From Scenedesmus sp. PABB004 (lineage: Eukaryota): a DNA stretch of 64,000 bases. Numbering within the stretch: the stretch's first letter is position 1; each line of letters opens with the position of its first letter. Position numbers and translations under genes: made by a program. The DNA is taken from contig JABVCE010000030.1 of the NCBI GenBank assembly GCA_014905635.1, positions 62,001 to 126,000 on the forward strand. Reading direction: 5' to 3'. The notes under the pieces are model-generated. The model saw only the letters and a list, made by a program, of their open reading frames with translations, was not told the DNA's origin and made no database searches. Shown piece by piece: positions 25,296-39,221 of this stretch.

Positions 25296-27471
25296 TGCGG
25301 CGCACACGCGCGCGGCGCGCGGCGGCCAGGCGCGGCACAGGGAGAAGGCAGCAGAGCCCCGCGCCGCCTATGAGCCCGGCGACGCGCGGCCGCCGCGCGA
25401 CGGCGCGAGCCCGCAGCGGAGCAGCGGCTGGGCTGGTGGCGCCGCGGCGGCCGGCGGCTGGGAGGCGGCTGCGGCTGCGGCGGCGCAGCGGCAGCGGTCC
25501 GCGCCCGCTGCCGCCTCCTCCGGCGAGGTCTGGCGGCACATTGACGGCGGCAGCGAGAGCGGTGAAAGCAGCCGGCGCAGCAGCAGCAGGGGCGGTGGCG
25601 GTGGCGGTGGCAGCAAGCGCGGCAGCGGCAGGGGCGGCGGCGCCGCCGGGGGCGGCGGCATGTCGCCGGCGCTGCTGACGCGCGCGATCGGCGCCGCCGA
25701 CAGCCTGCCCGCGCTGCAGGCGCTGCTGCTGCGCCACGGCGCGGCGCTGCAGCAGATCAACGTGTGCGCTGCGTACGCGGCGCTCACGCGCCTCGCGCCG
25801 CCAGCGCGCGCCGGCGGCGGCGCCGGCGGCGGCGCGTCGCCGCAGCCCGCGCAGGACGCGCAGCGCGAGGTCGCGCTCGCGGTGCTGCGCCAGCTCAACG
25901 CGCGCATGCTGGAGCACGTGCGCGTCGCGCGGCCCTGGGACATGGCGCAGGCGGCGGCGGCGTGCAGCAAGGTGCGGCGCGCGCAGCAGCGGGCCGCTGC
26001 GCGGCGCGCTCGGCCGCGCGCACGCCGCCGACTCTGCTGCCGCGCCGCCGACTCTTCCGCCGCGGCGCGCGCGCAGCTGGGCCACGTCGACGCGCGGCTG
26101 CTGGATGCCATCGCCGTGGCGGCGGCGCGCAAGCGCCCCATCCTGCTGCCGCGCGACGTCGCGCAGCTCGCGGGCGCGTGCGCGCGGCTGCGGCACTGCC
26201 CGCCCGCGCTGCGCGCGCTGCTCGCCGACGTCGCGGCGGCGCGCGCGGCCGAGTTCCAGCCCTGGGCGCTCGTGCACACCGCCTGGGCGCTGCACGTGCT
26301 CGGCGGCGACGTCGCGCCGCTGCTGGCCGCCGCGGCGGCGCACCTGCCCGGCCGCCTCGCGGGCTGCCAGCCGCTGGACGTCGCGACGCTGCTGTGGCTC
26401 ATGGCCGGCCGGGGCTTTGGCGACGCAGCGCTGCTCGCGGACGCGGCCGCGCACGTCGCCGCGCACGCGCAGACCTACCCGCCGGCGGCGCTGGCGCAGG
26501 CACTGCTGTCGATCGCGGGCCTCGGCGTCGCCGCCGCCGACGCGCCGGGCGTGGCGGCCGCCGGCGCGGCCGCCGTGGAGCGGCAGCTCCTCGCCGGCGA
26601 CGCGGGCCCCAAGGCCGCCGCGCACGCGACGTTTGCGCTCGCGCGCCTCGGCGCCGCGACGCCGGCGCTGCTGGGCGCCGCGGGCGCCGCGTTCCTCGCG
26701 CGCGCCCACGAGCACGCGCCGCAGCTGCTCTGCATGCTCTGGTGGGCCTTCCTCACCGCGCCGCCGCACGCGCCGCCGCCGGCGGTGCTGGCCGCGCTCG
26801 TGGCGCAGAGCGCCGTGCAGCTGCACCGCTTCACCGCCGACCAGGTGCGGCCGCGCACGCACGCGCGGCCGCGCCGCCCCAGCCGCGGGTGGCGGCCTGC
26901 CCCTGACCGCCGGCCGGCGCCGCCGCCGCCGCCGCCGCCGCCGCAGGGCGCGTCCATCGTGCGCGCCGTGCTGCGCACGCCCGGCGCGACGCGCGACGCC
27001 GGCGGCGCGGCGCTGCTCGCGGCCGCGCTGGGCCAGCTGCCAGGGCAGCTGCCGCGCATGTCTGGCGGCGTGCTGGCGCAGCTGGTCGTGACGCTGGCCA
27101 AGGACGTGGCGCGGGCGGCCGCCGGGGAGGCTGGGCAGGCGGACGGCGGCGGCCACCGGGCCGCGCTGCTGGCGCTGCTGGAGCACTGCGGGCGCGAGTG
27201 GCTGCAGCCCCGCCGCGCCGCCGCGGGCGCGGGCGCGGAGCAGGCTGCCGCGGTCGTCGTGGCGCTGCGCAGCTGCGGGCTCGCAGAGCTCGCGGCCGAG
27301 GCGGCGTCGAGCGGGGGCGCGGAGCGGGAGCGGAGCGCTGGCGGCGAGCGGGCGCGGGGGCAGCGGCAGCGCACGACAGCACGCGGCGGCGGCGGCGGCG
27401 GCGGCTGGCTGGACAACTTTGTTGCCACGACCGCCGCCCCGGTTGTGGGCGACGCCGGCGCAGGCCGGTGA
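25057..27471 (+). CDS. OPR-like alpha-helical repeat protein, probable organellar RNA-binding protein
   Basis: MRRRLLAALRR presequence-like exon, polyQ tract, then degenerate helical repeats (ARPWDMAQAAAACSK|LGH, LLPRDVAQLAGACARLRH, FQPWALVHTAWALHVLG, CQPLDVATLLWLMAGRG, YPPAALAQALLSIAGLG). No RAP motif seen. Confidence 0.7.
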
Positions 27472-27492
27472 CCGCAGCACGCGCGCGGCGCG

Positions 27493-27497
27493 TGTAA
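27493..27497 (+). promoter_or_regulatory. TGTAA chlorophyte-type polyadenylation signal
   Basis: TGTAA about 20 nt after the stop of the 25057-27471 gene. Confidence 0.55.
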
Positions 27498-27513
27498 CGG
27501 GGTTGCGCGGCGC

Positions 27514-28119
27514 TCACGGCTGCTGCTGCCAGCCGTCGTGGAAGGCCAGCGACTTGTCGCTCGCGTAGGAGGCGCACAGCACCGTCTGGCCGCCGCCGCC
27601 GGCGCTCGCGCCCGCGCCCGTGCTCGCCAGCCGCGCCGCCCAGGCACGCGAATAGAAGATCGCCTGCTGCGCCAGCCTCTGGCGCCTGGCGCTTCTGGCG
27701 CGGCGGATGGTGCGCCCCGTGCGGCCGTCGCCAAAGGGGATGCGCTTGACCTCGATGACCGCGTGCGCGCCGCAGCAGGGCAGCTGCACAACCAGGTCGC
27801 CCACACCGGCGTTGCTGCGGCCTTGCTCCGCGCGCGCGAGGGCGGCGGCGGCGAGCGGCGAGCTTGAGCTGAGCGGCGGGGGGACGCTTCTCCGCGCGCG
27901 CGGCGCGGCCCACGCACCCGGCGAGACCTCCCACTCCCGCGCGACGACGCTGCAGCCCTGTGCGACCAGCTCGGCCTCCAGGTGCGCCGTCACGGCAGGC
28001 TCGTCGCACGCGGACGCTGCCGGCCCCAGCGCTGGGCCCGACACGGGGCCCACCTGCGGCAGGCGCGCGCAGGTGGCGGGCCCACGGAGCGCGCGGCACA
28101 CACCTCGCAGCAGCGACAT
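27514..28119 (-). CDS. Small PD-(D/E)xK nuclease-fold protein resembling YraN/UPF0102, with organelle-targeting-like N-terminus
   Basis: After removing a 96-bp GT-AG intron (27822-27917): MSLLRGVCRALRG...DEPAVTAHLEAELVAQGCSVVAREWEVSPGRSNAGVGDLVVQLPCCGAHAVIEVKR...RRQRLAQQAIFY. The E...D...EVK order is the PD-(D/E)xK catalytic arrangement. Confidence 0.65.
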   Translation of the reverse strand: MSLLRGVCRALRGPATCARLPQVGPVSGPALGPAASACDEPAVTAHLEAELVAQGCSVVAREWEVSPGAWAAPRARRSVPPPLSSSSPLAAAALARAEQGRSNAGVGDLVVQLPCCGAHAVIEVKRIPFGDGRTGRTIRRARSARRQRLAQQAIFYSRAWAARLASTGAGASAGGGGQTVLCASYASDKSLAFHDGWQQQP

Positions 28120-28362
28120 GGCGGGCGCTGGGAAAACTGTCACAGCCCAGCTAGGTCAGCTTCTGCTTCGCCGGCGGTCACGAGGGGTCAGCGGTTGACC
28201 GTCCGCTGTGCCCCGCCGCGGTGTGCCCCGCCGCGCCGCGCGGCCCGCGCGGCACCCTTCAGAGCAGGCCCAGAGCAGGCCCAGCGCAGATCAGGGCCCC
28301 GCGCGCCCGGAGGGAGCAAGCGGCCGCAGGTCGCGCGCACGCTGCTGCTGCGCCGCCGAGCC

Positions 28363-31119
28363 ATGCGGCCCCTGAGCCTGCTCCCGCGCGCGCTGCCGGT
28401 CGCGGCGGAGGCGCTGCAGCAGCTGGCGGCCGCGTCCGCCCATGCCGGCAGCAGGTGCGCGGCGGCGGCAGCGGCGGCCGGCGGCCGGCGCCCACGCCGG
28501 CGCGGATTTGCGCTCACTTGCGCCGCTCGCGTTTCTCAGGAACCTGATCGTGCTCCGGCGCGGCGACGTCGACGGCAGCAGCAGCGGCGACGGCGGCAGC
28601 AGCAGCAGCGGCGGCGGCGCTGAGCGCAGCGCGGGCGCTGCGCAGCGGCGCTTCGGCTCGTGGGCCGCAGACGCGAGCCAGCCGCAGCAGGAGCAGCCGC
28701 AGACGCCGCCGCAGCAGCAGCCGCCGCTGCCGCCGCCGCAGCAGCAGCGGCCAGGTGGTGCCACGCAGCGCAGCGAGCTGGAGCGGGCGATACTGCTCAG
28801 CCCCAACCTGACGGCGCTCGACCGCGTGGTGCGTGTGGGGCTCGCTGGCGGGCTGCGCCCGCGCAGCCCTCCTGCCATTCTGACCCGCGCCGCCGCCGCG
28901 CCCGTGCCGCGCCCGCGGCGAGCGCCAGGTGGGCGACGCGGCGGCGCTGCCCGCGCCCGCGCTGGTGCTCGCGGCGTCGCGCCTCGCGCGGCTGCAGCGC
29001 GAGGAGCGCGGCCGGCGCGCCAAGGGCCAGCCGGGCGGCGGCGACGACGACGTGGCGCCGAAGGTGCTGCGGGCGCTCGCGGCGCGCCTGCCGGGGGCGC
29101 ACGGCGAGCTGCCGCCGCAGAGCGTGGTGCAGCTGCTGCGCTGCTTCGGCCAGCTCGGCGGCGTGCCGGAGCCCCAGGGCGCGGCGCTGCTGGCGGCGCT
29201 GCTGCGGCAACTGGCGGGCCAGGTGGCGTCGCTGCCGGCGGGGTGAGCGCGCGCCGGGGCGCGCCGGTGCTCGGGTCCGCGGCGGTGCCCCCCCCCCTTG
29301 ACCGCAGCCGCCGCGCGCTGCCCCGCCCCACGCAGGCAGCTGCCGCTGCTGGCGTCGGCGCTGGCAGACCTGGACGCGCTGCGCCTGGAAGAGGCGGGCG
29401 GCGGCGACGCGGCCGCGCCGGCGGCGGCGGCCGAGGCGGCGCGGCAGGTGCTGGCGGAGCTGTGCGCTGCGGTGCAGGCGGTGCCGGTGTCGGCGCCGCT
29501 GCCGGCGCACGGCGTGGCTCGCTACGTCGCCGCCATGGGGCGGCTGGGGCACTACGACTGGGCGAGCATGCGGCACGTGCTAGAGCTGGCCGGCCGCGTC
29601 GCGCAGGCGCGGCCGCCGGCGGCGCGGCGGCCGACGGCCGACGGCCGACGGCGCGGCCGCGGCCGCGCGCGGCACGCGAGCCACCGCCCTGGCCGCGCGC
29701 GCCCGACGCCCGCCCGCGCCGCCGCGCCCGCCCCCGCGCCCCCGCGCAGGACATGACGCCGGGGCACCTGGTGAGCGTGCTCGCCGGCTGCGCGCGGCTG
29801 CGGCACTACGACGCCGCGCTGCTGCGCCTCGCGGAGGCGGCGGAGGGCGTGATGCCCCAGGCGAGCGGGCCGGAGGTCGCGAGCATCGCCTGGGCGGCCG
29901 CGCACCTCAAGCTCGACCTGCCGGGCGTCTTTGCGGCCGCCGCGCAGCAGGTGCGGGCGCGGCGCCGGGGCCGTGCGCGGACCGGGGTCGTTGCTGTCGC
30001 GCGCGTCGCGCGCCACCAACCTGTGCCGCCGCCAACCCCGCGCCGCCGCCGCCGCCGCCGCGCGCCGTGCCGTGCCGCAGGCCGCCGCGCGCGCGGGCGA
30101 GCTGCAGCCGCGGCACGTGAGCAACCTCGCGTGGGCGTTTGCGGTGCGCAAGGCCTTCAGCCCGTCGCTCAACGCCGCGCTCACGGCGCGCGTGCGGCAG
30201 CTCGGCGTTGACGCGCTCGAGCCGCACCACATGTCCCTGCTCGCCTGGAGCTTCGCGAAGCAGGGCGTCGCGCCCGAGGGCGACGTCGCGGCGCTGCTGC
30301 AGGACCTCGGCGCCGCCGCGGCGCGCGTCGCGCCGCGGCTGGCGCCGCAAAACGTCTCCAACCTCGCATACGCGTACGGCCGGCTCGGCGTGCCGCACGC
30401 ACCGCTCTTTGCCGCGCTGGCCGCGGCGGCCAAGGGCGCCAGCCTGGACGGCTACGGGCCGCAGAACATCAGCGACCTCGCCTGGGGCTGCGCCGCGACA
30501 AAGCACGACGTGCGCCGGGCGGCCGCGGCGCGCGGCGCGCGGCGCCCGCAGGAGGGCGCCCGCGCCTGGCGCCCGCGCGCCCGCGCGCCCGCGCGCAGGC
30601 CCCGTCAGCCGCTGCCGCCCGCCGCCGCCCGCCGCCGCCCGCCGCCGGCGCGCAGGACCCCGAGCTCTTTGCGCTGCTCGCGCGCGCGGCGTCGAGCTGC
30701 CTGCCCCAGCTCTCGCCCCACTCGCTCAGCGACCTCACCTGGGCCTTCGCCGCAGCGCGGCCGCCCGGCGCGCGCGACGTGCTGTCCGCGGTCGCGCCCG
30801 CGGCGGCGTCGGCGGTCGACCGCTTCAGCGCCGGCATGCTGGCCGACCTGCTCTGGGCGTACGCGAGCCTGGGCCTGCGCGACGACGCGCTGCTGGCCGC
30901 CGTGGCGCAGGTGGGTGGTGGGCGCGCGCGGCGCGAGCGCGCCGCCCGGCCCGCGGCGGCAGGGCGCCGAGGGCCGCCGCGGCCGCCGCGCCGCCGCAGG
31001 TGCTGCCGGCGCGCACGCTCAGCCTCGAGTCCGACACCGAGGCGGCGGCAAAGGTGGTCTGGGCGATCAAGACGCTGCGCTGGCGCGACGCCGGCGTCGA
31101 GGCGGCCTGGGCGAGGTGA
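28363..31119 (+). CDS. Octotricopeptide-repeat (OPR)-like protein, probable organellar RNA-binding protein
   Basis: Repeats ASGPEVASIAWAAAHLK, LQPRHVSNLAWAFAVRK, LEPHHMSLLAWSFAKQG, LAPQNVSNLAYAYGRLG, YGPQNISDLAWGCAATK, LSPHSLSDLTWAFAAA, FSAGMLADLLWAYASLG; presequence-like MRPLSLLPRAL; no RAP motif at the C-terminus. Confidence 0.8.
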
Positions 31120-31478
31120 TCCCCGGGCTGCGCGAGCTCCTGGAGTCGTGACGATGTGGCGGCCGCGAGGGCGCAGCGGCGGGGCGCGGCGGGGCGCAGC
31201 GGCGGTGGGCTGCGGCGGCGCGCAGTGGCCCAGTGAACGGGGTGGTCGCCGGGAGAGCTTGAGGGGCCACTGCCGCAACCGCGATCGTGGTCCCGCTCCG
31301 CGCGCCGCCGCTGCTGCCGCTGCCGCTGCCGCCGCTCGTCCTGGCAGCAGGCCGCAGCTCGATCGCGCCCCGTCATCTCAGTGGGAGCCGCTAGGCCAGG
31401 AGAACATGGCGGCGTCGCTCGGCTCGGTGAACTGAGCTCCGCGCCCGCCGCCGCGCCCGCCGCTGCGCCCTCGCCGCC

Positions 31479-32985
31479 ATGTCGCTGCGGCTGGCGCCGG
31501 CGCCGGTGCAGCTCGGCGACAGCGGCGAGCTGCTCTGGTGCTGGGACGGGTCGCTCACGTGGGCTCTGGGCCTGGCGCGGATGCCGGTGAGGAGCGCGCA
31601 CCGCTGCTGGCGTCGTCGCTGGTGGCGCCGCGCCGCTGTGGTGCCGCGCACTCGCCGCCCGCCCGCGGCGGCCAGCCAGCCACCACCACCCCCACCACCA
31701 CCACCACCACCACCACCACCACCACCACCACCACCACCACCACACACGCCAGGTGCGCATGGTCGTCGCCGGCTACCCGCTCCCCGGCGCGGCGCACGGC
31801 ACGGGCCTGGTCGTGGTCTCGCCGCTGGACCCCACGCCCGGCGTGCTGTCCTGGCTGGCCACGCGCGGCGACGTGTGCTTCATCGTCGCGCCCAACAAGG
31901 TCCACCGCCCAGCCCCGCGCTGCTGCGCGCCAGCGCAGCCCACCGCAGCGCGCAGCGCGCGCCTGGCCGCAGCGCGCAGCTGACGTACCTCGCCCGCCGC
32001 CGCCGCCGCCGCGCCGCCAGCTGCACCACCTCTTTGCGGCGCCCTGGAAGGCCGCGTTTCCCGCGGCGCTTCTTGTCGCGCCGCTGGGCCTCGCGCGCAA
32101 GGGTGGGCCGCGGCTGCCCGTTGACGTGCGCATCACACAGATGGCTGGCCCGCAGGACCTCCCGGGCAGCTGGCCCTCCGCCGCGCTGGACCTGCTGCCG
32201 GTGCGCGCCAGCCGGCGCCGCGGCGGCGGCGCGCACCGCCGCCGGCGCGCGCCGACACGGCGGCGCGCCCGCCCCGCGCGCGCGCCGCCGCCGCGCAGAT
32301 GCAGGGCTGCGACACGCTGGACGAGCTCGCGCTGCTGCACCGGCCCTCGCGCAGCCTGCTGCTGACCGACCTGGCGTTCAACCTCGACGCCCCCAGCGCC
32401 GCGGCGTGCCCGCCGGGGCCGCTGCTGGCCGCGTACCTCGCCGCCGCGGGCGGGCGGCGGCGCTGCTGCGTGACGCGGCCGTTCCGGTGGCTGATCACAG
32501 ACCCAGGTGACCTGCCCGCCCGGGGGCCGCCGGCCGGGTTGAGCGGCACCGGACGGGCGCGGCGGCGGCGGCCGTCCTCGTGCGCTGCGGGCTGGGCAGG
32601 GCCCTGCCGCGTGCGATGGGCCCACTGGCCGAGCACGCCGCGCAACCGCCGCGCAGGCGCGCTCAAGGCGTGCTTTGACGACCTGCTGGCGCGGTGGGAG
32701 TTTGACCGCGTGGTGCTGGCGCACGGCAGCGTCATCGACTCCGGCGGCAAGGACGCGCTGCGGGCCGGCAGCGTCGCGTTTGTGGAGGCGCTGCTCGCGG
32801 CGCGAACGCGCGCCGGCGCGGCGGGCGGCGACGGCGATGTCGGGCCTCGCCGGCACGGGCGTGGCGATCGCAGTGGCGGGCGCGCTCATCAGCACGGCGG
32901 TCGGCATCGGCGTCGCCGGCATCCTGGCGGCAAGGGCGTGACGACGAGGGAGGCGGCGGCGGGCGGGCTGTGTTCTCGAGTGTGA
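31479..32985 (+). CDS. DUF4336-family (metallo-beta-lactamase-like) protein
   Basis: P|VRMVV, GLVVVSPL, GDVCFIVAPNK|LHHLF, ELALLHRPSRSLLLTDLAFN, WEFDRVVLAHG. The true end may be 32941 (hydrophobic tail) if one G at 32842-32844 is an assembly error. Confidence 0.8.
31681..31743. repeat. (CAC)n intronic microsatellite
   Basis: Direct reading; lies in intron 1 of the DUF4336 gene. Confidence 0.9.
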
Positions 32986-33401
32986 CGCCCCCACCGCGCC
33001 CGTCGCCCTCCGCCGCTGAGAACATCAGTGCAGTGCGTTCACATGCCGCGCGGCACACTGCGCGCCGCTCCGATCCGCTCGCGATGCGCTCGCGAGTGTG
33101 TCCCCGCCGTCCCCGTCCCCCTTGTGCGCCCAGAGAGGCGGTCAAGTCACTTCGAGTGTTTGTGGTTCGCGCGCCAGCTCGGCGCACTGCTGCAGCCCCC
33201 GCGTGCACGTGGGCGCGCGCGCGCCCACGCAGTGCAGGCCGGTCAACGCAACAGACCCCCGCACCCCGCACACCCCCGCGCCCGCCAGCCGGCCCACGCG
33301 CGCCCGCCACCGCGGCGGCACTCAGTCGCCGCGCGAGCGCCGCGCGGCAGCGCCCCGCCGCCGGCTGCCCCTGTCTGCCCGCTGCCTCGCAGCGCCATGC
33401 C

Positions 33402-36797
<3,396 letters not shown>

Positions 36798-37061
36798 GGC
36801 GGGCGCCGCCTGCGGCCGGCGCGGCGGCGGCAGCGGCGGGCTTGCGAGAGGCGGCGCGCCGCGCCTGGAGCGCCACGGATGCTGCAGCTCTGCCGTGCAT
36901 GCGGCGGGCCGCGTCGTCTCGCCGCTGAACCATCCCGCCGGGCGCTGCGGAAGGCGTGGCGGCCGTGCGGGAGCAGCGGGCCGCTGCTGCTGCTGCCGGG
37001 CACACGGCGCGCTCGCCCAGCCCCCAGCGCCCCCGCGTGCCACGATTAGCTCCGACGCACG

Positions 37062-38518
37062 TCAAGGAGCAGGCAGCAGCGCGTGCGGGCGACGCGCGCG
37101 CTTGATCTGCGCGGCGTGCTCACAACCGAAACGGGGCACGACGGCCTCCAGTCGCCGCGGGGCGTGTGGAGCTGTGCGGTAGCGAGAGTTCAACGGCCGG
37201 GCACGACGGCGAGCAGCGGCGAGCTGCGGCGGTTCACCGGCGGCGCCCTGATCGCCGCCCGCGCGTGCCCGCGATCGCGCTCGCCCGCCGCCGGCCGCCG
37301 GCGCCGCCGCCGCAGATCGCCGCCGCCGCCAGGTGGGTGCTGGTGCGGCGCGCGCGCGAGCGCCTGCCGCGAGCCGCGCGCCGGCCCTGGCTGGCGCGCT
37401 GCGCCAGCTGCCCTCGCGCGAGCTGCGCGGCGCGCCGCAGCACCAGCAGCACCGCTGGTCGGCGACGGCCGCGTCGTCGTGGGACAGCAGCGGCAGCAGG
37501 CTGCCCAGGTGCGGGACCACCGCCGCGACGCCGGCGGCGCCCGGCGCGCCCGCGAGGTTGAGCAGCGTGCCCGCCGCCGTGGCCGCCAGCGCCACGTCGG
37601 CACCGCGCAGGCAGGGGAGCAGCGATGCCAGGTGCGGCGCGAGCGCGCCGGCGCTGCGCGGGTCGCCCGAGAGGCGGCCAAACACGCGCGCCGCGAGGCG
37701 CACCACCTCGAGTGGCCGGCCGGCCGCCAGGCAGCGCGCGAGCGCAGGCAGGTGCGGCAGCACCGACCCGGCGTCAGCCGCCGCGAGCGCGTCCGCCAGC
37801 TGCAGCGCGCCGCCCGCGACCTGCGCGCTGGGGCTGTCGAGGCAGTGCGCCACGCGCCCGGGGTCGAGCAGCGGCGGCGCGCCCTGCGCCGTCGCGGCCA
37901 GCTGGGCGTGCGTGAGCAGGTCCAGCGCGACGTGCGCTTGCGGGAAGTCGGGGGCGGTCGCCGCCAGCACCGCGTCCAGGTGGGCCGCCACTGCGTCGCA
38001 CTCGCCCGAGCGCTGCACCACCGTCGCCGCAACGTACATGCCCTGGCGGGCGGGTGGGCGGGCGGGGCACGGCCAGCGTCAGCGCGCAGCTTCGCTGTAG
38101 CGCCTGGCCAGCGGCAGCAGCCCGCGGCAGCGGCGCCGCGCGCGCAGCTGCCACAGGCGTTTCACGAGCTCCCCCGCCGCACCATGATCATCAGCGCCGG
38201 CCCGGCGCCGCCGCCCGCGGGGCCATGCGGCGCGCCCAGCACACGCTCGAGCAGCTCGCCGAGCCGCGCCGCCAGCGGCGCGGCGGCCGCCGGAACGTTC
38301 TCTGCCAGCGACTGCAGCAGCACCAGCAGCTTGGCCACCAGCGCGGGCGCGGGGTGGCGCAGCAGGCCCAGCAGCGCGGGTAGGTGCGGGAGCAGCGCGG
38401 ATGGCGCGAAGCGCTTGTGCAGCTCGCCCAGCGCCCGGCACGCCACGGCCTGGTCGGGCTCGTGCGCGAGCTCCAGCCAGTCCCACAGGCCGAGCGGCAG
38501 CTCCTTGGGCCGCGCCAT
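37062..38518 (-). pseudogene. 3'-truncated, chimeric inverted copy of the ARM-repeat gene at 41312-42945
   Basis: Same exon 1, intron and first part of exon 2 as the right copy up to HDDAAVAD (37458), then unrelated Arg/Ala-rich sequence to a stop at 37062. Confidence 0.7.
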
Positions 38519-38956
38519 GGCGGCGCGCGCGGGACAGCCCGCGCTGCTGCCGCGGCGGGCTGGGCGGGCGTGCGGTGCGCGCACTGGTGGGCGCGTGTGT
38601 TTCAGAGTCGACTGGGGGAGCTGCCGGGCTCAGCGCGGCCAGCTGGCGTGTGCGCGCGGGGCGCGGCACGCGCGTGCGGAGTTGGCTGTCGCGCGCTGCC
38701 TCGGCAGCTGCCCGTCCCGCTGCCCGTCAGTCGCGGGAGCCGGCGGGAGCACGGTGCCGCGCGACGCGCAGCTCTGCGCCAGGGCAGCTGCAGCTGGCGC
38801 CGCAACGGCGGCGCACCAAGGCTGGCTGGTGCTGCCGCGTGCGCCGCCACGCCGGCGGCATCGGCGCCTGAGCTCGGCCGCAGCTCGCCCGCGTCAGTTG
38901 CAGGTTGCGTCAGTTGCGGGTTGCCCCGCTCGTCGCCGCAGCGCCGCCGCGATCCC
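37458..38956 (-). repeat. Left arm of a ~1.5 kb inverted duplication
   Basis: Reverse complement aligns by eye with 40904-42369 from GGGATCGCGGCGGCGCTGCG to GGCCGTCGCCGAC, with scattered substitutions and small indels. Confidence 0.95.
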
Positions 38957-39221
38957 GCTGGGGTCGGCGCCTCGGCTGCAATTGAGCGGAAGCCGACCAG
39001 GCGCGGGCCGCCGGCAAACCACGTGCGGCGCGTGACGCGCCGGAGCTCCCGGCGGCAGGCTCGGCACAGCACTGACCTCGCGGCCAGCTCCGGGGCAGCT
39101 TGGCGAGGCGCGCGGTGGCGGCAGCGGCGCAAACTGACGCGGGCCGGCGCCGGCGGTTGCGTCGCCCCGGCAGCTCGCCTGTCCACCCCCGAGCTGCGCG
39201 ACGTCGAGATCGAGCTCCGTG

